From: Convolutriloba macropyga | Lineage: Eukaryota | DNA length: 64,000 nucleotides | Assembly (NCBI RefSeq): GCF_964194025.1 | Contig: NC_134468.1 | Span: 3,224,001-3,288,000, forward strand | Reading direction: 5' to 3' | Notes under the pieces: model-generated | Seen by the model: the letters and a program-made list of their open reading frames with translations, nothing else | What the model was told of the DNA's origin: nothing | Databases searched by the model: none | In this document: in pieces, positions 36,166 through 47,785 of the stretch | Position numbering within the stretch: the first letter of the stretch is position 1 | Layout of the letters: each line of letters opens with the position of its first letter | Made by a program: the position numbers and the translations under genes

Positions 36166-39100
36166 TTTTTTCTTTGTTTATACAATAAAAAAAGGACCGT
36201 GTACAACATCCGGCAACGATGGATGTAGGTCGGAACATAAGGGATGATGAGTAGCATTTAGACGGATGCTGCACTACAAGCTGTTCCCCTCCAGACAGTG
36301 TAAGGACGGCCCAGTCACAAAACTAACTAACANNNNNNNNNNNNNNNNNNNNNNNNNNNNNNNNNNNNNNNNNNNNNNNNNNNNNNNNNNNNNNNNNNNN
36401 NNNNNNNNNNNNNNNNNNNNNNNNNNNNNNNNNNNNNNNNNNNNNNNNNNNNNNNNNNNNNNNNNNNNNNNNNNNNNNNNNNNNNNNNNNNNNNNNNNNN
36501 NNNGTATGGAAGGGTTGAAATAAAAATAGGATATCAAGGAATAAGCAAAGGAAAAAAAAGTTAAGCAGCCAAACACTCGGTGCAGCCTTCCCTCCTTCAC
36601 GACAGCGCTAATTGAAATCTCACTGAGAGCACGAGACTTGAGGGCGCGAAACCCCATTAAGCAGAGAACACAGCTCCTCAGAAATTCGAAGCTGATTTTC
36701 GTTCGGATGTAGCTTATAGTGTCGGCGTACGGCTTTCCGCGTTTTTCGCTGATCTTGTTTGCGAGTTGTTTCATAGCGGGCAATAATGATGGCCCAGCAC
36801 CGCTGGAGCAAGCAAAAACCCGTGCGTTGAAACTGCTGTGTTCGGTTTCGCGGATTCGCTCTTCGTACTTATTTCGATTGATTCTCTCGTGATATTTGTA
36901 AGAATCTTTTATGTTCGTTGGGCAGCCCTTCGCGTGAGGGTTGAAAATCTTCACATCGCAAAAATGCCATTAAAGCGGGAGCCCCACAGACCGTTTGCCT
37001 TGATGTCCAGTCGAGCGTCGTCATCAGTAGTGGTGGAATTACTCGAGAAAATTTCTCGATCGCGCGACTGAAGTTTTGGCTTTATCTCGACATCGTGGCA
37101 AATGTCATCCATCAGGTTTGCAAACACGTCTTTGATTTTGTTGTGTCCTAGGTCGGTATACTTTCTGTGGCGCAATGTAGGGCATGATTGAGGCTAAATT
37201 CTTTCACGCATGGGACTATAGCTGGCGTGTTCTTTGCTTCCCAGGTGTAGCGAGGTGCTATTCCATCACGGAATTCAGTCTTCGTGAGGTCAAAACCATG
37301 TTTTGATAACGGAAGCGCGTTAAACCAGCTAGATGCTCCTTTCTCCGAGGCCAGCTGGATTGTATACTTAATTTCTGGTAGATTGTTTTCGATTCTGGAT
37401 TTTTTTCGAGATGAGTTCACGTTGCATGTCTGCTTTCTGTCTGAGACTGATCTTGGTTTGATCTAATTCACATTGTTGAATTTCGAATGAATCATTATTG
37501 AATGACGCCAATGGACCTGAGAGTTCAATTGATTGCTCATGACTTTTAGAAGGATCTTGTGGGAGGGTGATGTTAAGCCCACCCATTCTGAGAGGGAGAG
37601 AGAAAAGTTCTCTTTCCTCTTGGATTATTTCTTTGCCGACGATGTTCGGTGTGACTCGGCCAAGTCGCTCCTCCATCTTGTCCAGAACCCCGTCCATGGA
37701 GGGTGTAGTACGCGAGAAGAAGCTCAACTTCTGTTGAACCCCCTTCGTCAAACATGCATAGGCATTCTGGGGAGAGATGAGAGCAAACTGACCAAGTCTG
37801 TCCAAACTTTCTGTGTATTCAATTTCTGCATCTTTCAGGAAATACTTACTGGCCTCAGAGCTACCGATAACCGATCCCAGGACTCGAGCGCCGTGTGTGA
37901 TTTCCACATTAGTGCCTGAAATCACAGTTGACGCTTGGCACTGGCCTCCTGGCTTAATTATCAACTGACACTTCGGAGGATTGACAAGATATCCGTACTT
38001 GGGACCAAGCTGAATGAGCTTGTCGAAGAGTGTCAGATATCTTTTAACTTACCGACGGCGCTACTCGTAAGCATACCATTTTTGTGTCAAGGAGTCATTG
38101 TGAAGTCTTGATATTAGGGGTAGGATTGGAGTTCCATAGCTTGCCATCGCAAGGGGATCGCCTTGTGTTGTACCTTCCTGAGACAGAATGGTCGAATTAT
38201 CGATGTAGAGAAAAAACGGATGGCTATAGGAATACTGTATGGCAATATGCAATGATGGGCATAAGGTCTTCACGTTCTCTAATGCTGTTCTTCTATTCAG
38301 CACGTTAATTGCGTTTTTGGCATCAATTAGTAGAATTGCTTCGTTTTCGGGATCATCAAAACTGTGGCGAAGCGAGTGTATGGCATGTTCTATGCCGCAT
38401 TTCTGGCCCAGGCACAGCTTCACGTTTCTACCGAGGGATGTTAGATCTTGCCTGATGCAGCCGACGATTATGTGACTGGTGATGCGACGCATTACTTCAC
38501 CAATAACAATAGGTCTCAATCCTGGACATTTATCCAGAGCCACTAGTTGACATCCAATGTATGCAATCAAATCATCCAGTAGTATTACGGACGTGGCCAG
38601 CCTCTTAGCAAACTTGGCAACAAGCTTGCACATGTTCATGGAGGTTTGCCCGAAAGCAGAAAGTAGTCTACGCCAGTCATCGGCATCGAGACCTGAAGGC
38701 CCGGCACTGCCATGAGTCTTCATTGCATTCTTTCGAACGAGCCTGGCACTGATTTTTTTAAAACAGCGGCGTGGTAGGGAAGCGTGCTTGGATGTTCGCT
38801 CTGAATGCAGTTGGGCTCCGAGGGTTGCCTTTCAGGATGTTTGTTGCGTAAGATCTCGAGGACCGGTCTACCGTCTATGAGATCGGTAGGAGCGAGCACG
38901 CCGCTTTTAAGCTCATCCGAAATAACGCGAATAGCAATACTGATCTGACCACGAAAGATGAAATCGTTGAGCATCTTGAGGTCAGAGTGCTGCTTTTTAT
39001 TCCTTGAGTTCATTCTCATTTGGATTGCCTTCGCTTCACAGAACAGTTCCGAGAAGTTGCAGCTGTGCTATTCACGCAGTCTACGCTTCATGATCTTTTT

Positions 39101-39489
39101 GTTTGATCCATCGTCCGTGTTCTTTGTTCGACTAAGAGTTAAGTGCGGAAGTATCATACAGAGGGTCAGAGATATATCGGATCTATCCGTGTTTACGGAA
39201 ATCGGGGAGAGGACACTGTGAAGGGCTTCGGCGAACTGTTCCCCTGTCTTGTTTCTACTGAGCGTGGAGAACGAGGGCTTCCATTTGACGACCTCGCGGT
39301 ATATTTTGCGCACTGTTACCGCGTGATGAGGCTGGAATTTGTCCCAAAATTTATCTAATGGTGCGGCGACGGAACGTTCTGGGTCGTGCGATGTTGCAGG
39401 ATCTATTAGTGCAGTGTCGGGAACGGTCTAATCATTGTGTGGTGCCGGCGTTGCGATTGCTGTTTCGGTGGCTGCGGTGACCGCAGAGC

Positions 39490-39613
39490 AGCTTTTGCAG
39501 CTGAAGTGTTCGATCCACTCTTTCGCTGCCGCTAGGCCACTGCATTTCACGTGAAAAAATTTATAACACGTATGACACCACCCCTACGTAGGGGACCCTT
39601 GAAGAGTGGACAA
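39490..39613 (-). pseudogene. PHD-finger remnant at the N-terminus of the CRE ORF2 (copy at ~44634-44757)
   Basis: Minus strand translates to WCHTCYKFFHVKCSGLAAAKEWIEHFSCKSC. A degenerate first Cys pair (CPLF) lies upstream across a frameshift. Confidence 0.7.
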
Positions 39614-39672
39614 TGGGTTTGATCAGCCGTCAGGCTTCGAGCTAGGAGTGGGGAAGGCTGTACTGAGGGGGA

Positions 39673-40242
39673 CTAGGTTAAGTTAATTACATGAGAGTAA
39701 TAGCGGCATCGATATTTAACGTATTGAATGATGTTAAACAGAATAATATTGAAAACATGGTTTCCAGGAAAGGACAAGTGCAGAGGGTCTTTACAGAACA
39801 GCTTAGGCTCAAGAACATTCCTAGATGAGGATAAAACAATAAACAGCTTGAAGGCACAAGAATCAGTATAATTATACAAAGCGTAGTTAAGGGCACTAAT
39901 TTTCTTATTTGTGGGGCGATTACAACTGGTGGGTATAACATTAGGAACAAACAAATTATTTGGGCTAAAATTCACAATTATGAGCTGAATGAGGAATTTC
40001 CAATGCTCTATGAAAGTTTCAATACTACTACGGTGATCATTAAAGCCAGCGATTACTACAATAGTGTTCATTTTCTGATTTGGGTGTTGATTGACAACAT
40101 CACAGAGGTCTAGCAGTTTAGCACCTCGATAGAAATGTACAAAACCCTGTACTTGACCCTCGTATTTATATTTGGTACGATAAGTGCCCAAGACGAAGTC
40201 TGAGCAGCTGGAGGGAAGAGGGTTGTCATCAAAACGTCCCAT
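39673..40242 (-). CDS. SGNH/GDSL-hydrolase (esterase)-like ORF1 of the CRE element, 189 aa
   Basis: Blocks in SGNH order: FVLGTY (block I position, Ser absent), YRGAKLLDL (II), IVVIAGFND (III), CKDPLHLS..GN (V, DxxH). Confidence 0.75.
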   Translation of the reverse strand: MGRFDDNPLPSSCSDFVLGTYRTKYKYEGQVQGFVHFYRGAKLLDLCDVVNQHPNQKMNTIVVIAGFNDHRSSIETFIEHWKFLIQLIIVNFSPNNLFVPNVIPTSCNRPTNKKISALNYALYNYTDSCAFKLFIVLSSSRNVLEPKLFCKDPLHLSFPGNHVFNIILFNIIQYVKYRCRYYSHVINLT

Positions 40243-40561
40243 TCACGGAGCCTGCTAACATTCAGAACACAAGAAATTGCTCTAAAAATGAAATCAGTTA
40301 TATGGTACAACTTGATATGATGAAGGAAAATGGTTGGAATCAATACATCACTTTCACGGAGCCCGCTAACATTCAAAAACACAATAAATTGTTCTAATAA
40401 TGGAATCAGTTGGAATGATACGACCTGATGTGATGAGTCGGGGTGGGAGATTGGTTCACTCGCCTACGACTGGGGTGGCGAGGCTTGAAAAGGTGTAGGT
40501 TTGATTCAGCCCAGCGCGCATACGTATTTGAAAATACAGCGGAGGTAAATTTGTTCGGGAG

Positions 40562-40675
40562 CTATTTAATAAGTTTATCCCAACAATTAAGATGGACCGA
40601 TTAGTTTTCGCAAGCTTGGCCTATTTAATAAGTTTATCACAACAATTAGGCTACGATTATCACAACGATTAGGCT
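40562..40675 (-). other. Cluster of SL-like motif copies: degenerate (40562-40590), full 32-nt AGCCTAATTGTTGTGATAAACTTATTAAATAG (40621-40652), target 5' half (40657-40675); duplicated at ~45706-45819
   Basis: Directly visible in sequence. SL identity is inferred. Confidence 0.6.
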
Positions 40676-40805
40676 CATGATGATAAAATTGACCGACAGA
40701 ACCTTATTTGTGCAGGAAGGCTTTGAAATGTTTATTTGCTGTCGCAATATTCGGATAAACAAGTATCAAGACGTGCAGATGTAATATGGTAGAATATGGT
40801 TCCAG
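40676..40805 (-). promoter_or_regulatory. Conserved ~135-bp block immediately upstream of the SL-like target (copy at 45820-45949)
   Basis: Abuts the first base (A of AGCC) of the target motif. Confidence 0.45.
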
Positions 40806-41282
40806 TTTCCCGGAAATGTGAAAATAAATTTTTTTGAAATTTTGTAGTAAAAGCTGATTAATCCCCTCTTATTGTGTTTATTTTCCAATGATTCATCAAC
40901 TGAAGCGTTTTACGAAAAATGAAAATCTGAATTTTTGGACGCATTGGGTCAATTTGGTTCTATTGAAACAGGTATTTAAGTGTTTATTTTAATCAAAATC
41001 AGTTATTTTAAGTTTCTTGAGCCTTAATTATAGGAAAATGTAGTCATTGTTTTCTGAGCTCCTTTCAAAAATTATCAGTACGTTTTTGTTTGCTCTACGA
41101 TGAAGCTCTTCAGTTTTACGCATGAGGGACTGCGGGCGCTGAGGTGCTCTTCTGACACAGAAAATTTGAATCTATTCAACCCCATAACCCCACCCCCTCC
41201 CCCGTTTCATCGGCATGCAAATTTTCTGCGCAAATTTTTGGCGCAGGCACCCAATTTTAACGTGCTATGTAACAATACAAAT

Positions 41283-42641
41283 ACTGAAGAACACAAACAA
41301 AACATAAGTCTACTGAAGAACGTCTCAAAAGTCTTCGAGAAAGTCATCTTGGAACGGCTTTACCCCACCGATAGAAAGAACTCTCTCTGACTCCCAACAC
41401 GGTTTCGGAATGAAAAGATCAGCAGTCCTTCAAATCATCCTCTTCACAGACGAACTATACCAGCAACTTGAATCGAAAAAATGCATTAACATTCGAACTC
41501 TTTATGTTGACTTCAGAAAAGCCTTTGACAAAGTAGCGCACAAAAGACTCTTTCAGAAGCTTGAGGAAATTGGCCTCGGAGGAAAGCTACTCCAGATACT
41601 CAAACGCTATCTCACAAACCGAACGAAATGCGTCAAAATTGGGACAAGCAAATCAAAGACCAGAAATAAAACCAACGGAGTATCTCAGGGATCAATTTTG
41701 GGGCCTTTGATGTTCATCATCTACATTGAGGATCTCCCCGAAGAAATCTCAGACATCCTGGCCTTCGGATACGCGGATGATTTCAAAGCAATTATCCACG
41801 GAGACCACTCTCGGGGAAATACAGAAATGGAGCAAAGCAAACCATATGGACCTAAATGTTAGCAAAAGAAAAACTTTCCTCGTCAGAGGGGATCTAGCAT
41901 AGCGTGACGAGGCAGGTCTGGAAACCGTTGCCACCCAAAAAGATCTCGGAGTCGTAATGTCTCAAAATCTCTCTTGGAGCGCAAACTGCCACCATAGAAC
42001 AACCAAAGCGTGGAAAGCCTTCTACACACTCAAACGAACTCTTTCGAGCAGAACCTCAATGGAAACGAAACTGAACGCGTATATAGGATCCGTGCCCATA
42101 CTCACGCCTCCCAAGTCTGGTACCCGTCGAAGTCTGACATGAAATCAATCGAGAAGATCCAGCACAAGGCCACAAAGTGGATATGCGGTGGAGACGAAGA
42201 ATACCATCAAAGACTCGAAACACTGAAAATACTCCCACTCTCCATGTTACTGGAAATGCACGATGCCCTCTATCTCCTCTCAATCCTAGAAGGCAATTAC
42301 TACGTCCCCGAAGACAAACTGCACAAGCAAAAAGAAAACGAAACAAGACAAAAGCAGGAATTTGAACTCCCCAAACACCGACTACAGAAATCAGACAAAA
42401 CTTCTTCAGAGCCACAAAGCTATACAACATCATCAGAAGAACAACGGAGAAGCCAATGGCAAAGAAACTTCTGACAGAGATGTACCAAAACTACTTCCAC
42501 AGAAGCTACAACGAACTCAACAGCTGCACCTGGAGACTTCTATGCAACTGTGGACTCTGCAATCCAATGAAAAACTCTTGCCAATCGAAAACAAGGGTTT
42601 ACACCCGTGGGCTCCGACCCTAAAGACCTACTACTACAAAT
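41283..42641 (+). mobile_element. 5'-truncated CR1-type LINE with short (CTA)n tail; possible TSD tacaaat (41276-41282/42635-42641)
   Basis: ISLLKNVSKVFEK, QHGFR, YVDFRKAFDKVAH, GVSQGSILGPLMF, YADDFK, KDLGV, IEKIQHKATKWI. Frameshifted. Confidence 0.9.
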
Positions 42642-42845
42642 TGTAATTGGGAGGCATAAAGAATAACGAGCAGGGAGGGGGACAGAATAGATCCGAAAAT
42701 TCTGTAACGGCAAGAGGGGGGGAGACTACCCAAACCTACAGTTTATATATATTCATGTTTTCTGACCTTTGTTTTATACCTGACGATATTTGACTACCTT
42801 CAAAATTTATACATGTGCACAGGAGTTGACTGGCTGTCCCCGAGT

Positions 42846-45800
42846 TACGCGAGAAGAAGCTCAACTTCTGTTGAACCCCCTTCGTCAAACATGCATAGGC
42901 ATTCTGGGGAGAGATGAGAGCAAACTGACCAAGTCTGTCCAAACTTTCTGTGTATTCAATTTCTGCATCTTTCAGGAAATACTTACTGGCCTCAGAGCTA
43001 CCGATAACCGATCCCAGGACTCGAGCGCCGTGTGTGATTTCCACATTAGTGCCTGAAATCACAGTTGACGCTTGGCACTGGCCTCCTGGCTTAATTATCA
43101 ACTGACACTTCGGAGGATTGACAAGATATCCGTACTTGGGACCAAGCTGAATGAGCTTGTCGAAGAGTGTCAGATATCTTTTAACTTACCGACGGCGCTA
43201 CTCGTAAGCATACCATTTTTGTGTCAAGGAGTCATTGTGAAGTCTTGATATTAGGGGTAGGATTGGAGTTCCATAGCTTGCCATCGCAAGGGGATCGCCT
43301 TGTGTTGTACCTTCCTGAGACAGAATGGTCGAATTATCGATGTAGAGAAAAAACGGATGGCTATAGGAATACTGTATGGCAATATGCAATGATGGGCATA
43401 AGGTCTTCACGTTCTCTAATGCTGTTCTTCTATTCAGCACGTTAATTGCGTTTTTGGCATCAATTAGTAGAATTGCTTCGTTTTCGGGATCATCAAAACT
43501 GTGGCGAAGCGAGTGTATGGCATGTTCTATGCCGCATTTCTGGCCCAGGCACAGCTTCACGTTTCTACCGAGGGATGTTAGATCTTGCCTGATGCAGCCG
43601 ACGATTATGTGACTGGTGATGCGACGCATTACTTCACCAATAACAATAGGTCTCAATCCTGGACATTTATCCAGAGCCACTAGTCGACATCCAATGTATG
43701 CAATCAAATCATCCGGTATTATTACGGACGTGGCCAGCCTCTTAGCAAACTTGGCAACAAGCTTGCACATGTTCATGGAGGTTTGCCCGAAAGCAGAAAG
43801 TAGTCTACGCCAGTCATCGGCATCGAGACCTGAAGGCCCGGCACTGCCATGAGTCTTCATTGCATTCTTTCGAACGAGCCTGGCACTGATTTTTTTAAAA
43901 CAGCGGGGTGGTAGGGAAGCGTGCTTGGATGTTCGCTCTGAATGCAGTTGGGCTCCGAGGGTTGCCTTTCAGGATGTTTGTTGCGTAAGATCTCGAGGAC
44001 CGGTCTACCGTCTATGAGATCGGTAGGAGCGAGCACGCCGCTTTTAAGCTCATCCGAAATAACGCGAATAGCAATACTGATCTGACCACGAAAGATGAAA
44101 TCGTTGAACATCTTGAGGTCAGAGTGCTGCTTTTTATTCCTTGAGTTCATTCTCATTTGGATTGCCTTCGCTTCACAGAACAGTTCCGAGAAGTTGCAGC
44201 TGTGCTATTCACGCAGTCTACGCTTCATGATCTTTTTGTTTGATCCATCGTCCGTGTTCTTTGTTCGACTAAGAGTTAAGTGCGGAAGTATCATACAGAG
44301 GGTCAGAGATATATCGGATCTATCCGTGTTTACGGAAATCGGGGAGAGGACACTGTGAAGGGCTTCGGCGAACTGTTCCCCTGTCTTGTTTCTACTGAGC
44401 GTGGAGAACGAGGGCTTCCATTTGACGACCTCGCGGTATATTTTGCGCACTGTTACCGCATGATGAGGCTGGAATTTGTCCCAAAATTCAAAATTTATCT
44501 AATGGTGCGGCGACGGAACGTTCTGGGTCGTGCGATGTTGCAGGATCTATGAGTGCAGTGTCGGGAACGGTCTAATCATTGTGTGGTGCCGGCGTTGCGA
44601 TTGCTGTTTCGGTGGCTGCGGTGACCGCAGAGCAGCTTTTGCAGCTGAAGTGTTGGATCCACTCTTTCGCTGCCGCTAGGCCACTGCATTTCACGTGAAA
44701 AAATTTATAACACGTATGACACCACCCCTACGTAGGGGACCCTTGAAGAGTGGACAATGGGTTTGATCAGCCGTCAGGCTTCGAGCTAGGAGTGGGGAAG
44801 GCTGTACTGAGGGGGACTAGGTTAAGTTAATTACATGACAGTAATAGCGGCATCGATATTTAACGTATTGAATGATGTTAAACAGAATAATAGTGAAAAC
44901 ATGGTTTCCATGATAGGACAAGTGCAGAGGGTCTTTACAGAACAGCTTAGGTTCAAGAACATTCCTAGATGAGGATAAAACAATAAACAACTTGAAGGCA
45001 CAAGAATCAGTATAATTATACAAAGCGTAGTTAAGGGCACTAATTTTCTTATTTATGGGGCGATTACAACTGGTGGGTATAACATTGGGAACAAACAAAT
45101 TATTTGGGCTAAAATTCACAATTATGAGCTGAATGAGGAATTTCCAATGCTCTATGAAAATTTCAATACTACTACGGTGATCATTAAAGCCAGCGATTAC
45201 TACAATAGTGTTCATTTTCTGATTTGGGTGTTGATTGACAACATCACAGAGGTCTAGCAGTTTAGCACCTCGATAGAAATGTACAAAACCCTGTACTTGA
45301 CCCTCGTATTTATATTTGGTACGATAAGTGCCCAAGACGAAGTCTGAGCAGCTGGAGGGAAGAGGGTTGTCATCAAAACGTCCCATTCACGGAGCCTGCT
45401 AACATTCAGAACACAACAAATTGCTCTAAAAATGAAATCAGTTATATGGTACAACTTGATATGATGAAGGAAAATGGTTGGAATCAATACATCACTTTCA
45501 CGGAGCCCGCTAACATTCAAAAACACAATAAATTGTTCTAATAATGGAATCAGTTGGAATGATACGACCTGATGTGATGAGTCGGGGTGGGAGATTGGTT
45601 CACTCGCCTACGACTGGGGTGGCGAGGCTTGAAAAGGTGTAGGTTTGATTCAGCCCAGCGCGCATACGTATTTGAAAATACAGCGGAGGTAAATTTGTTC
45701 GGGAGCTATTTAATAAGTTTATCCCAACAATTAAGATGGACCGATTAGTTTTCGCAAGCTTGGCCTATTTAATAAGTTTATCACAACAATTAGGCTACGA
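42846..45800 (-). mobile_element. Duplicated 5' two-thirds of the CRE element (3'-truncated by the duplication breakpoint)
   Basis: Near identity to 37709-40656. Confidence 0.92.
44817..45386 (-). CDS. SGNH-hydrolase-like ORF1, duplicate copy, 189 aa
   Basis: Same motifs as 39673-40242 with a few substitutions. Confidence 0.75.
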   Translation of the reverse strand: MGRFDDNPLPSSCSDFVLGTYRTKYKYEGQVQGFVHFYRGAKLLDLCDVVNQHPNQKMNTIVVIAGFNDHRSSIEIFIEHWKFLIQLIIVNFSPNNLFVPNVIPTSCNRPINKKISALNYALYNYTDSCAFKLFIVLSSSRNVLEPKLFCKDPLHLSYHGNHVFTIILFNIIQYVKYRCRYYCHVINLT

Positions 45801-46425
45801 TTATCACAACGATTAGGCTCATGATGATAAAATTGACCGACAGAACCTTATTTGTGCAGGAAGGCTTTGAAATGTTTATTTGCTGTCGCAATATTCGGAT
45901 AAACAAGTATCAAGACGTGCAGATGTAATATGGTAGAATATGGTTCCAGTTTCCCGGAAATGTGAAAATAAATTTTTTTGAAATTTTGTAGTAAAAGCTG
46001 ATTAATCCCCTCTTATTGTGTTTATTTTCCAATGATTCATCAACTGAAGCGTTTTACGAAAAATGAAAATCTGAATTTTTGGACGCATTGGGTCAATTTG
46101 GTTCTATTGAAACAGGTATTTAAGTGTTTATTTTAATCAAAATCAGTTATTTAGGTTTCTTGAGCATTAATTATAGGAAAATGTAGTCATTGTTTTCTGA
46201 GCTCCTTTCAAAAATTATCAGTACGTTTTTGTTTGCTCTACGATGAAGCTCTTCAGTTTTACGCATGAGGGACTGCGGGCGCTGAGGTGCTCTTCTGACA
46301 CAGAAAATTTGAATCTATTCAACCCCATAACCCCACCCTCTCCCCCGTTTCATCGGCATGCAAATTTTCTGCGCAAATTTTCGGCGCAGGCACCCAATTT
46401 TAACGTGCTATGTAACAATACAAAT

Positions 46426-47785
46426 ACTGAAGAACACAAACAAAACATAAGTCTACTGAAGAACGTCTCAAAAGTCTTCGAGAAAGTCATCTTGGAACGG
46501 CTTTACCCCACCGATAGAAAGAACTCTCTCTGACTCCCAACACGGTTTCGGAATGAAAAGGTCAGCAGTCCTTCAAATCATCCTCTTCACAGACGAACTA
46601 TACCAGCAACTTGAATCGAAAAAATGCATTAACATTCGAACTCTGTATGTTGACTTCAGAAAAGCCTTTGACAAAGTAGCGCACAAAAGACTCTTTCAGA
46701 AACTTGAGGAAATTGGCCTCGGAGGAAAGCTACTCCAGATACTCAAACGCTATCTCACAAACCAAACGAAATGCGTCAAAATTGGGACAAGCAAATCAAA
46801 GACCAGAAATAAAACCAACGGAGTATCTCAGGGATCAATTTTGGGGCCTTTGATGTTCATCTTCTACATTGAGGATCTCCCCGAAGAAATCTCAGACATC
46901 CTGGCCTTCGGATACGCGGATGATTTCAAAGCAATTATCCACGGAGACCACTCTCGGGGAAATACAGAAATGGAGCAAAGCAAACCATATGGACCTAAAT
47001 GTTAGCAAAAATAAAACTTTCCTCATCAGAGGGGATCTAGCATAGCGTGACGAGGCAGGTCTGGAAACCGTTGCCACCCAAAAAGATCTCGGAGTCGTAA
47101 TGTCTCGAAATCTCTCTTGGAGCGCAAACTGCCAACGTAGAACAACCAAAGCGTGGAAAGCCTTCTACACACTCAAACGAACTCTTTCGAGCAGAACCTC
47201 ATTGGAAACGAAACTGAACGCGTACATAGGATCCGTGCCCATACTCACGCCTCCCAAGTCTGGTACCCGTCGAAGTCTGACATGAAATCAATCGAGAAGA
47301 TCCAGCACAAGGCCACGAAGTGGATATGCGGTGGAGACGACGAATACCATCAAAGACTCGAAACACTGAAAATACTCCCACTCTCCATGTACCTGGAATT
47401 GCACGATGTCCTCTATCTCCTCTCAATCCTAGAAGGCAATTACTACGTCCCCGAAGACAAACTGCACAAGCAAAAAGAAAACGAAACAAGACAAAAGCAG
47501 GAATTTGAACTCCCCAAACACCGACTACAGAAATCAGACAAAACTTCATCAGAGCCACAAAGCTATACAACATCATCAGAAGAACAACGGAGAAGCCAAT
47601 GGCAAAGAAACTTCTGACAGAGATGTACCAAAACTACTTCCACAGAAGCTACAACGAACTCAACAGCTGCACCTGGAGACTTCTATGCAACTGTGGAATC
47701 TGCAATCCAATGAAAAAACTCTTGCCAATCGAAAACAAGGGTTTACACCCGTGGGCTCCGACCCTAAAGACCTACTACTACAAAT
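46426..47785 (+). mobile_element. Duplicate of the CR1-type LINE
   Basis: Near identity to 41283-42641. Confidence 0.9.

Larger units (their letters stand above)
36166..40656 (-). mobile_element. Full-length, degraded CRE-clade non-LTR retrotransposon (RT plus C-terminal restriction-like endonuclease) with A-rich tail and 14-bp TSD
   Basis: RT: GSAGPSGLDADDWRRLL, LVALDKCPGLRPI..GEVMRRI, LLIDAKNAIN, EGTTQGDPLAMA, QKWYA. RLE region: ASEKGASSWF, HALHC, HNKIKD, DARLDIKANGLWG, KIFNP, YKYHE. TSD ttatcacaacgatt at 36152-36165 and 40657-40670. Confidence 0.9.

Noticed and set aside
42846-45819. Second CRE copy as independent evidence of site-specific insertion
   Set aside because: It is part of the 5.1-kb segmental duplication and shares flanks, so only one insertion event is documented here.
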